Positions 49,048-57,279 of a stretch of DNA of 64,000 nt are shown here, one piece after another. This stretch comes from a virus. Position 1 is the first letter of the stretch. Each line of letters starts with the position of its first letter. Made by a program: the position numbers and the translations under genes. The stretch is from IMG/VR virus record IMGVR_UViG_3300025131_011243, positions 58,592 to 122,591 of that record, one strand, 5' to 3'. The notes beneath the pieces are model-generated. The model did no database searches, was not told the origin of the DNA, and saw only the letters and a list, made by a program, of their open reading frames with translations.

Positions 49048-49518
49048 CTATTCATTCCAATCGCTGTCGATCATATCGTAAGGATCGAAACCCATTCTTT
49101 TCAACTTGTTCCAAAAGCGAATGTTATCTCGTTCTCTTTGTTCCTGTTTCTCCTCTTCCTTTCTAGCCCATTCTTCTCGATGCAATTTAATCTCTTCCAG
49201 CCTTGCCCTGCGACATTGGCTACACATGTTCCATAGGTATCTGCATCGCACATGAGGGTCAAGCTTCCGTCTTGCATGTTCGGTAAACTTGCTGCTATCC
49301 TTTTTGTTTGCCGTTTTCTTTACCTTGTACTGAGTCTTGCGATGCTTCTTCCAAGACCTTACGATGGTCGTTGAAACGTCGTCCCATGCGTCAGGCAACA
49401 TTCGGGGAGTCCTTTTCCCTCGAATCCTGTAACGCATTTCAGCATCTTCCATGTCCTCCAAGGACCCGTAGTAGCCACGACGTTCATTGGTCGTTGCGGG
49501 GGATCTGAAGTAACCCAT
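49048..49518 (-). CDS. hypothetical basic protein
   Basis: 156 aa, LPDAWDD..RSWKKHRKTQY. Confidence 0.7.
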   Translation of the reverse strand: MGYFRSPATTNERRGYYGSLEDMEDAEMRYRIRGKRTPRMLPDAWDDVSTTIVRSWKKHRKTQYKVKKTANKKDSSKFTEHARRKLDPHVRCRYLWNMCSQCRRARLEEIKLHREEWARKEEEKQEQRERDNIRFWNKLKRMGFDPYDMIDSDWNE

Positions 49519-49522
49519 TTTC

Positions 49523-49581
49523 GTATCTCCTATGCAAAGTTAAACACTTCACATAGGAGATACCGGCTTTGTCCTTTTCAT
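49523..49581 (-). promoter_or_regulatory. RBS-sequestering hairpin overlapped by a 10-aa uORF
   Basis: 12-bp perfect inverted repeat 49523-49534/49552-49563; uORF MKRTKPVSPM 49549..49581. Confidence 0.55.
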
Positions 49582-49597
49582 ATCTGTATCCTTTCAA

Positions 49598-49683
49598 TAC
49601 GGGCGAGAGGGGTCGAACCTCCATAGGATTTTACTCCCGCCAGATCCTAAGTCTGGTGCGTCTGCCAGTTCCGCCACGCCCGC
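49598..49683 (-). tRNA. tRNA-Leu(TAG)
   Basis: CCAGA-CTTAGGA-TCTGG. Confidence 0.93.
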
Positions 49684-49692
49684 TCTTTCAAA

Positions 49693-49778
49693 TACGGATA
49701 AGAGGAGTCGAACCTCCATGGGATTTTACTCCCGCTAGATTCTGAGTCTAGTGCGTCTGCCTATTCCGCCACATCCGC
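49693..49778 (-). tRNA. tRNA-Leu(CAG)
   Basis: CTAGA-CTCAGAA-TCTAG. Confidence 0.93.
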
Positions 49779-50270
49779 TCTTAAGTCATTTTTGTTCTTG
49801 TTCCTTCCTCCATATGTAGGAGTTTGACTATGACAATTTGGACATAGTAATCTAAGATTCCTTATGCGATTGTCTGTCCTGTCTCCGTTCTCGTGGTCCA
49901 AATGCATTGAAAGAGGTTCTCCATTCCACTCTGTTCCCATTCCGCATTTAGAACATTTTTCTTCCAGTTTGCCACATTCGATTAACCTTTTCTTAAGGTG
50001 GCAATTGTTGTATACGACTCCCTTTTTTAGGAGATCCCTTAACTCTCTCTTACTAGGTGGGCTCCATGTTTTATCAAGCTTTCTTCTAGATGCCTGCCCT
50101 AAAAAATGACTCGTATCTATCTTGAAGTTTTCAATCTTGCCCTTCAAGTGAGAATGATTCCCCCCTGAAGGAGCAAGCCCTATCTTCTCCAAAACCTGGC
50201 TAATGGAGAAAGAAGTAGCTACTGCCTCCTCCAGATCTTGGATAGAATACCTTTTCGACGTATGCTTCAT
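49761..50270 (-). CDS. HNH homing endonuclease in the tRNA cluster
   Basis: CSKCG..LDHENGDRTDNRIRNLRLLCPNCHSQT; stop codon lies inside tRNA-Leu(CAG). Confidence 0.92.
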   Translation of the reverse strand: MKHTSKRYSIQDLEEAVATSFSISQVLEKIGLAPSGGNHSHLKGKIENFKIDTSHFLGQASRRKLDKTWSPPSKRELRDLLKKGVVYNNCHLKKRLIECGKLEEKCSKCGMGTEWNGEPLSMHLDHENGDRTDNRIRNLRLLCPNCHSQTPTYGGRNKNKNDLRADVAE

Positions 50271-50333
50271 ATTGCACCTCCACTATTAGGTACAATATCT
50301 TATAGTAAACCTCCTTCACAATTTACCAATGAG

Positions 50334-50358
50334 GTTTGCCAGTTTCCGTCACCTGGGC
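50334..50358 (-). pseudogene. 5' fragment of a tRNA-Leu
   Basis: GCCCAGGTGACGGAAACTGGCAAAC, truncated in the D-arm. Confidence 0.55.
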
Positions 50359-50555
50359 TTTATTTTACCATGTTTGCCTCACGGATGCATCCTTTTTCTT
50401 GCCAAATTCTTTTTCTTCTGTCGAATTCAAAGGGATTCTATGATCCCGCAGGATGTCAAAGAGATTTCGTTTACCTTGCCGGTCTTCGGCTCTCTTACGG
50501 TCATAGTCGTCTCCTTCGTCGTTTGCTTGAGTTTTCATAGCAGTTCTCCTTTTAA

Positions 50556-50639
50556 TGCACCGGGTTGGATTCGAACCAACGTAGACTTTCGCCAACAGTT
50601 TGACAGACTGCTGCAACTCTCCAACTTTGCCGCACGCTC
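50556..50639 (-). pseudogene. degenerate long-arm tRNA with GTC anticodon
   Basis: D, anticodon and T arms fold but the acceptor stem has three mismatches. Confidence 0.55.
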
Positions 50640-50646
50640 TCAGTTA

Positions 50647-50684
50647 TTACAGCCTACCGGGCTCACCACCTGCCCAACTCGCCT
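50647..50684 (-). pseudogene. 5' half of tRNA-Tyr(GTA)
   Basis: AGGCGAG-TT-GGGC..GCCC-G-GTAGG-CTGTAA then breaks. Confidence 0.6.
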
Positions 50685-50697
50685 ATTAAGTTTCAAA

Positions 50698-50780
50698 TAC
50701 CCCTGACAGGAGTCGAACCTGTACGCCTTAATCGGCAGTAGGTTTTGAACCTACCGTGTCTGCCGTTCCACCACAGGGGC
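50698..50780 (-). tRNA. tRNA-Leu(CAA)
   Basis: GTAGG-TTCAAAA-CCTAC. Confidence 0.93.
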
Positions 50781-50791
50781 TCTGTTTCAAA

Positions 50792-50875
50792 AGGCCGCTG
50801 AGGGATTCGAACCCTCGATGGCTTAACGCCAGCGGATTTGCAATCCGCTCCCTTTGTCCGCTCGGGCAAACGGCC
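50792..50875 (-). tRNA. tRNA-Cys(GCA) with long variable arm
   Basis: GCGGA-TTGCAAA-TCCGC, U73, extra arm TGGC-GTTAA-GCCA. Confidence 0.85.
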
Positions 50876-51080
50876 ATACAGTATTCAGTTTTTGGTCGTA
50901 AGTATATGTTAGAGCGTACAGCATAAGCTGTCGCTCAAAATATACCATAGAGAGGTGCTAAGCAAGAAGCCAGAATGTTCGATTCTCTTAGTCATAACAG
51001 AAGTATCCTATCATACCATCGTCACATTTCAAGCCTTTTCTGAAGAATCCTGCAATAATTTTCGGCATAAAAAGGCCCCT

Positions 51081-51875
51081 CTAGTTAGTAAATCCGCCGC
51101 CAGTTGCAACCTGACTGAACGATTGCGAACCTTGGCTCGCCTGAACAGCAGACTGCGAAAAGACTTGGCATGCCTTTCTGATCGAAGAAGGATCACTTTT
51201 GGGAGTAAGAATCCATTCGTCACGGACTCCCATCTCGCCAAAAACCTGTTTGAAGTCAACCGATCCGTCGTCAACTCCCATCGCTGCGATGATATGGTTC
51301 TCGCTTTGCAGCATATCATCAACAATCGCCTTGACTTTCTTAGCCGTCATGACGTACGAATGTTGGTCTGCGCCATCGCTGATGATCAAGCTGATCGAGC
51401 GAGCGAAAACGCCGTTGTCCTTGAACTCTTGAGACTTGGCCAAGATCGTTGCGAGAAACGCAGCCGTTTGATCGTACAAGGGAGTACCTTGATTCGGATC
51501 ATAGTTGATGGTCGTCAGTTCCGAGACTGCATCGATCAGTCCGAACGGATTGATAATCTCGCCGTTGAGCAATTGAGTGAAGGCCAAGATATTATCCCGC
51601 TGCTTCGAATCCCTCAACGCTTGAATGACGAGATTATGTCCGTCCCGAACAGCTTGAGTATTGCCTTGGACAAATCGAATCGAACCACTATCGTCAGGCA
51701 TAATGCCTAAGAGGACAACTTCGCTCGCTTCGATATCGTCAACATCGACACCCATTGCTTCCTGAATCTGTTCGCCAACATCGAGGATTTCGATGGACTC
51801 CGCTCCCTCGGCAGACAGATCTCCTTGATCTTGGGCCGATTCGAAAAGCGTACCAATCGTAGCTGAAGTACTCAT
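51081..51875 (-). CDS. vWA (TerY-like) protein
   Basis: PDDSGSI, TPLYD, ISDGAD; start placed at ATG 51875 after AGGAG. Confidence 0.85.
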   Translation of the reverse strand: MSTSATIGTLFESAQDQGDLSAEGAESIEILDVGEQIQEAMGVDVDDIEASEVVLLGIMPDDSGSIRFVQGNTQAVRDGHNLVIQALRDSKQRDNILAFTQLLNGEIINPFGLIDAVSELTTINYDPNQGTPLYDQTAAFLATILAKSQEFKDNGVFARSISLIISDGADQHSYVMTAKKVKAIVDDMLQSENHIIAAMGVDDGSVDFKQVFGEMGVRDEWILTPKSDPSSIRKACQVFSQSAVQASQGSQSFSQVATGGGFTN

Positions 51876-51903
51876 TTTTGCAGACTCCTTTTCGATTCTT
51901 TGA

Positions 51904-52971
51904 TTAATCGATATCGACGCCGGGCCAATCAACGATGGGAGTGGTAGATTTAACGACATGCATCCCTGCGTTGACAAAACGTTCGAACGCTTCATCGGCC
52001 TGCGGAGTTGCATCGTAGATCGGAGGATCTCCCGGATACTGTCCAGGGATCACAACCGGCGACGTACAATCTTCAAGCAGATAGATCTTCTTCACCAACG
52101 ACGGGTCCTGTTGATTGATCTCATCCAGCAGATCGTTGATAAACCATGCGAAGCAGTGACTCTTGGCTTCTCCCAACCCGATGATGATATCGTGGTCGAG
52201 AATAAGCTTGAGGAATCCAACCTTCTTCTGGGCGATGGATGTCCCATCCTGATCAGCCAAAACATCAGGCTGAATCGGAGAGTAATTCTCCGTCAGCGGA
52301 TTCCCGCCCTTGATCTGAGTCTTGCGTTCATTGTGTCGGGCGACGGTATGGAAGAAGATCGCTTCATGGAGCAGGGGAATCAACGCATGTTCCAACCCGC
52401 CGAGAATGGCATGATAGGGCCATGGCGTCAATGCATATCGACGGTAAGCCGATGATCCCGTATTGAGGGTTTTCGAGTAATGCCTCAGATACGTTTCGAG
52501 ATACATATAGTTGCCGCCCTTGATGGTATGGGCAACGGCTGGATTGACTTTCCATTTGCCGCTTTGAATGTCAGCGTCCTCGATGGGAAGTCCCGGCGTA
52601 GGATGGTTGCCGTCATCATCAACGAGAAAGATTTGATGGAAGATCTGGATGACAGTATGCGTATCCATCGTCGGAGCAATGGATGTAATCAGGTGCATGT
52701 TTTCATAGATGAACTTACATGCTCTGACGCAGTCGTCATACGCACCGGCAACCGGAAGACCGCCCTGAGGATGGGCGAAGGTCAACTGAACGTCAATAGG
52801 AATGACGCAGATTTTGGTTTTGTCGATAGCGGCAGACTTGATGCCATGTTGTTTGGCCCAATCTTCCGCTTGCGGAGCCAGGTTTTCGTAGTCAACGAAC
52901 CAGAGATCGCCAACTCGACTTTCATCGAAATGGGCGGGAATCGGGAGCGTTGAAGCGGCTACTGAAGACAT
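51904..52971 (-). CDS. nicotinamidase/isochorismatase-like cysteine hydrolase
   Basis: IDVQ..F, TMDTH, WPYH, GEAKSHC, LLEDCTS. Confidence 0.85.
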   Translation of the reverse strand: MSSVAASTLPIPAHFDESRVGDLWFVDYENLAPQAEDWAKQHGIKSAAIDKTKICVIPIDVQLTFAHPQGGLPVAGAYDDCVRACKFIYENMHLITSIAPTMDTHTVIQIFHQIFLVDDDGNHPTPGLPIEDADIQSGKWKVNPAVAHTIKGGNYMYLETYLRHYSKTLNTGSSAYRRYALTPWPYHAILGGLEHALIPLLHEAIFFHTVARHNERKTQIKGGNPLTENYSPIQPDVLADQDGTSIAQKKVGFLKLILDHDIIIGLGEAKSHCFAWFINDLLDEINQQDPSLVKKIYLLEDCTSPVVIPGQYPGDPPIYDATPQADEAFERFVNAGMHVVKSTTPIVDWPGVDID

Positions 52972-52983
52972 TTGCTAACCTCC

Positions 52984-54804
52984 TTAGGTAATTGTGAGAA
53001 GCCTTATGGCTTTGTTATCTACTGCGTAGATCCCTTCTTTTGCCAGGAACAGGTGGCTGCTCGAATCCACAAAAGGCTCCGTATCAGGGTAGTCCTTTGT
53101 TTCAGCGATCATACTACCATGTAATTCGATGCGTTTCAACCCCTCATCTGTCGATGAGAAGAATAATTTTCCAGCCGCCGTTTTTCCCCTGATATTCTCC
53201 AGCCAAGCGACATGCTCGTTGCTATCGTCAATACTAGCTAAAACCTCGCCTTTTTCGCTGATTACGACGCAATGAGAGACGACGTTTGCCCCCTCTTTTG
53301 ACTTATATAGGAACCAGCAAATTTCATCTGCAAAATAGCAAGTTGAGTCCAAAAGCTGACCCCGAAACGGCGGCAGCTTGACTCTATCGTTGATTCCCTT
53401 GCTTGAAGTCCTGAAAGTGAAAGCTACCGACATTTCGCCAGCCCGATAGAATCCGAAACCGAACTTTTTCCCTGCCCAGAACAAAGTTTGACCAGACAAT
53501 ACGTCACCAATTCGTTCAATTCCCTCAACTCCGGAAACAGTTACTCGCTTCGTTAAGAATCCGTTGTTCAACCAGAACAAGTCTTTGCCGTTTGAATCAA
53601 AGACAGGAAGAACACCTCTATAACTATCAACCGTCAATTGATCAACAACTTGTCCGTCTTCCAAACAAAGAGCTTTTCCGCTCTTCCCAAAGAGAGATTG
53701 CTTACCATGAATGCGATACCGAACTTGAGGGTCAAGCTTGCTCCGATGAACAACCTTGTTCTCTTCTCTTCTATAAGCTCCATCTTCATGATACAAATAC
53801 TTCAACTTACCGCTTTGAAGGGCAGCAAACAAAATTACTCCGCTCGTTTCAAACATACGATCCGCCTTTACCGAACCTTTAATGGTAACGGTCTGAACGA
53901 TTCTACCAGAAGGAGGCTTCTGATATGAGTACGGAGACTGAAGAAGGATGGCAGGGAAAGCACCACGTTTGTCCTTGACAAAAACGTCATGAAAATGACT
54001 TCTCAACGAATCGGAGAGTTCATTCATCTTTCTGGCAGGCTTGGGATACTTAACGTCCGGATGAAAAACGCTAATACGATGCAAAGGTCTGTTGCCATGA
54101 GCAACCTTATGGGAACCTTTTTTGGGAATATATACTCCATCATACGGTCGAGTATACAGCAGACATTCAAACAACATAATGTTAAATGCATACCAGTCCG
54201 AATCCTCATTGTGAGGCTTGGTCAATTCAACTCGATCCGAATGACATACCAAAGGATCAACAAAGTTAGCAGTAAACATGGGACATAAATACTTACCATA
54301 TTGCCAACTGTCTGCATCGATAAAGTAAGCATCGGTCCCAACAATAAGACAATTCATGTCGTTGTTGTCGCCAATCACAGCGACCTTATGTATACCGCTC
54401 AAGGTTTCATGTATATTTTGGAAGATCGATGCGACCTGTTCGTCGTCCGCACCAGAACTTCTGAAGCTTTTTTCCGAATACCTGAATAAAAGGTCTGCCC
54501 CTGGAATCAGCTTCATTACATATCCGACAATCTGATTCTTGCTGTTTCTAACAAGACTCTCCGGAGAAACAACCTTGGCAGGAACCTGTTTGGGAAAGGC
54601 TGCAAGTTTTGTCTGATGAGCCTTAAGGCGAGCCGTTGCTGCTGACTGTTCGTGAGGTAAACCGGCATAGTCTTGGTGCTTAGGCCCTTTGAAAATTTTA
54701 ACAGCCTTGCCGCCATATTCGTAGACATCAGCCTCTCCGCCTTTTCCAATGGATTTAGACGGATCGAGTCTGACTTTTTTGTTATCAATATAAACGTCAG
54801 CCAT
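52984..54804 (-). CDS. Ser/Thr protein kinase-like protein
   Basis: IGKGGEADVY, AVKIF, IGDNNDMN, IDADS, DWYAF. Confidence 0.85.
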   Translation of the reverse strand: MADVYIDNKKVRLDPSKSIGKGGEADVYEYGGKAVKIFKGPKHQDYAGLPHEQSAATARLKAHQTKLAAFPKQVPAKVVSPESLVRNSKNQIVGYVMKLIPGADLLFRYSEKSFRSSGADDEQVASIFQNIHETLSGIHKVAVIGDNNDMNCLIVGTDAYFIDADSWQYGKYLCPMFTANFVDPLVCHSDRVELTKPHNEDSDWYAFNIMLFECLLYTRPYDGVYIPKKGSHKVAHGNRPLHRISVFHPDVKYPKPARKMNELSDSLRSHFHDVFVKDKRGAFPAILLQSPYSYQKPPSGRIVQTVTIKGSVKADRMFETSGVILFAALQSGKLKYLYHEDGAYRREENKVVHRSKLDPQVRYRIHGKQSLFGKSGKALCLEDGQVVDQLTVDSYRGVLPVFDSNGKDLFWLNNGFLTKRVTVSGVEGIERIGDVLSGQTLFWAGKKFGFGFYRAGEMSVAFTFRTSSKGINDRVKLPPFRGQLLDSTCYFADEICWFLYKSKEGANVVSHCVVISEKGEVLASIDDSNEHVAWLENIRGKTAAGKLFFSSTDEGLKRIELHGSMIAETKDYPDTEPFVDSSSHLFLAKEGIYAVDNKAIRLLTIT

Positions 54805-55582
54805 CGGTCTCCTCTTCCGGTTTGCGACGAATCACAACCAACCCTACGTCATCATGCATAAAACCAGGTTCGCCGTTGTAGTCTCTTGCGATCAGATGGA
54901 AACGACGACGAAGCATATCTTGGTTGTTGAAATATTTGTCTTCTGTCCAAATTTGAGACAAACTTCCGAACTGTTTTTGTTGACCGGGGACATTTTTGTC
55001 AGGCTCAAAGTAACTCAAGCCGTCTGTACTAATGACCAAAGACTGTAAGGCATCCGTGGGAATACAGGCTCTTTGAACGAACTGGTATTTCCCGTCCTCT
55101 TCGGGAAAGATGTGAGAATAAACCATATAAGGAGGCGCATTGCCGGGAAAAGGCCCGATTTCGGACATTTCTCCATTGACGCCAAAAAAACCATCTCCTA
55201 TGGAAAATACATAAGAGTTTCCTGGCATAACAACTGCGACAATAGTTGTACACAGAAAATTCCCATCCAACAGATGAGTCTCATCTCCTCTCATGTTTTT
55301 GACGATTGCTTTTACTGCTTTCAGCGCATTAATACGGACATCGTCCATTGCACAATCAACATTAAAATTGTAAGACAAATATAATCCGACATCTTGGGCG
55401 ACTATCCTAGAAATGATTTGAGCCCCAATTTCTGAATGATCGCTACTCCCGCATCCGTCGCAGACGACAGCGACAATCGTTGAACCGTCGTTGGTTACGC
55501 ATACGGCGTCTTGATTATTGCGGCCAGCATTGAGGTGATCTTTACCACAAACGGACGCCGAAGCGACTTGGAATTCATCCAT
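54797..55582 (-). CDS. PP2C-family phosphatase
   Basis: G..H....NNQDA, VCDGCGS, IGDG, STDGL, DDV. Confidence 0.88.
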   Translation of the reverse strand: MDEFQVASASVCGKDHLNAGRNNQDAVCVTNDGSTIVAVVCDGCGSSDHSEIGAQIISRIVAQDVGLYLSYNFNVDCAMDDVRINALKAVKAIVKNMRGDETHLLDGNFLCTTIVAVVMPGNSYVFSIGDGFFGVNGEMSEIGPFPGNAPPYMVYSHIFPEEDGKYQFVQRACIPTDALQSLVISTDGLSYFEPDKNVPGQQKQFGSLSQIWTEDKYFNNQDMLRRRFHLIARDYNGEPGFMHDDVGLVVIRRKPEEETDG

Positions 55583-55639
55583 CGTTATCCTATCTATAAA
55601 GCCCTCGCATTGTACAATATTTGGATTGAAATTCAAGGG

Positions 55640-55666
55640 AAAAGAAAAGGCGGCATTTCTGCCGCC
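55640..55666 (-). terminator. intrinsic terminator after the RNase P RNA
   Basis: GGCGGCA-gaaa-TGCCGCC-TTTTCTTTT. Confidence 0.85.
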
Positions 55667-55672
55667 GATAAA

Positions 55673-55874
55673 GACGTTTGGCTCCGTAAGCAGGATTCTG
55701 TTCTATGTCGTCATTTCTCTATTGGCCCTCTACCCGCCATCATAGTCATGCTCACCAACTCCGGCTGCTTGAGGTTGCTATCTCTGTGGTCCAAGCGGCG
55801 TTAGCCTCCCACATTAGAGCACTATAGTCCTGACTTTCCTCTGCGAATTGCAGCGACGACTCGAACCAAACGTC
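55673..55874 (-). ncRNA. rnpB: minimal RNase P RNA (~202 nt)
   Basis: CR-I GAGGAAAGUCAGGA and CR-V ACAGAAUCCUGCUUA form P4 with compensatory changes; P1, P2, P3, P5, P15 and L15 GGU fold. Confidence 0.88.
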
Positions 55875-56196
55875 AAATACCCTTTAGAGCTTGCACAATT
55901 TTACCAACTTCTTTGCCCCATTCTGTCCGCTTATTGCCTATGGCCAATATAGTCTTGGAAAACTCGGAAGCTGGAGCGTCTTCTATCTTACCCAATTCTA
56001 TTCTTCGAAGCAAGATCCTCATATCCTTGGACAATTCTTCGCCTCTCCTTTTCATTCCATCGAAATCATGGGACACAAAAATTACCAAAGAAGCATCGTC
56101 CGAAGAATCGTACAAGGATTCAATCTCGTTCAAAATCCTATGTATTTCTAATTGGCTTTCTCTGATAGTTGATTCCACCACATTGATGGGTATCAT
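55873..56196 (-). CDS. hypothetical protein
   Basis: 107-aa ORF; stop codon overlaps the rnpB 5' end. Confidence 0.65.
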   Translation of the reverse strand: MIPINVVESTIRESQLEIHRILNEIESLYDSSDDASLVIFVSHDFDGMKRRGEELSKDMRILLRRIELGKIEDAPASEFSKTILAIGNKRTEWGKEVGKIVQALKGI

Positions 56197-56621
56197 TTTT
56201 TCAACCCTTTCTCAGCCAAATATTCATCAACTCTGTTTTTTACCCTTTGTGCTGGAGTGGAAGTTTCAACTACATACAGAGCTTCTGTCTTTAGTTCCTC
56301 GCCCCATTGCTGAACCAAATCTGTGGCCCTGTCCCTGTAATCGTTGTCGGTGATGCTCTTGCCTACTGGAGACGAAAAGAATTCAATTGCTTTATTGATA
56401 TCTGTTTCGCTCAAATGGTTCGCCGCTAAAACTACCAAGCGATTGAACAAAACATCTTCCCCATATTTGTCTTGAAGTTTCTTCCTATCTTCTTCACTAA
56501 CCTCGGGAGCCGATCTCCAAAGATCGGCAAAAATACGATCTACCAATTCTCTGGTGATAACATTGCTTCCCATCAACTTCAACAACTGCATGGTTCGGCT
56601 AAGATATTGCGCTTCAGTCAT
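56193..56621 (-). CDS. DUF2059-like protein
   Basis: HLSETDINKAIEFFSSPVGKSI. Confidence 0.65.
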   Translation of the reverse strand: MTEAQYLSRTMQLLKLMGSNVITRELVDRIFADLWRSAPEVSEEDRKKLQDKYGEDVLFNRLVVLAANHLSETDINKAIEFFSSPVGKSITDNDYRDRATDLVQQWGEELKTEALYVVETSTPAQRVKNRVDEYLAEKGLKK

Positions 56622-57010
56622 GGCTGAACAATGCCTCCCGTTTTCTGAGTCTCTTCCATAAGGTTGTCAAGAACCTTGAGGTCATGCTCTGTTGCGGTCG
56701 TAATCCCTCCGCCCTGCTGTTTTGTCTGTTCTTGAACTTCCGCTTCCGCCTGTTGCCAAGCTGCGTTGAACTTATCAAATGCTTCGTTGATATTCAGGGC
56801 ATCAGCGATGACAAACTTGATACTAACAACACCTTGTCCGGTATCGACAGGTCCTATGCCTATAAAAATAGGCTCGTCCCCAGCTACAGGAACGTCCTCT
56901 CCGTCCGGAATATCTACTTCGAATTCGCCCTCCTTGGTCCACATTTCAATCCTGTGAAAACTGTCGGATTGAAATATGCTCCTACGACGAAAAGGAAGAT
57001 TGAACTTCAT
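56618..57010 (-). CDS. hypothetical protein
   Basis: 130-aa ORF, AAGGTG RBS. Confidence 0.65.
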   Translation of the reverse strand: MKFNLPFRRRSIFQSDSFHRIEMWTKEGEFEVDIPDGEDVPVAGDEPIFIGIGPVDTGQGVVSIKFVIADALNINEAFDKFNAAWQQAEAEVQEQTKQQGGGITTATEHDLKVLDNLMEETQKTGGIVQP

Positions 57011-57069
57011 AAAACACCTTTCATTTGAGTTATTGACTTTGGATATTGTACTCTAATGGCAATCACAAA

Positions 57070-57263
57070 GGTGGGGCTGGACGGTACATCGCAGAAAAGA
57101 AGTAAAAAACGAGAATGAGTCTTGCGTCTTAATCGTTAACTATTGAGCCATTGAATCTTGAATTCTGACCTTCTAGATCACGATCAGGTACGTTGGTCAT
57201 TCAAATGACCTAACATTTGTTTTCGCAGTTCACCTCTAGTCAACTTCTCCGCCCAACCCCATC
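57070..57263 (-). ncRNA. candidate structured ncRNA with ~7-nt periodic repeats
   Basis: 15-position closing stem (one mismatch) 57249-57263/57070-57084, internal hairpin, eight imperfect YCAA-type heptads at 57114-57170. Confidence 0.6.
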
Positions 57264-57279
57264 AACAGATCAGTCGAGA

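Noticed and set aside
50365-50616. 83-aa minus-strand ORF
   Set aside because: 5' part overlaps a pseudo-tRNA; only a shorter version from MKTQ could be real and it has no recognisable motif
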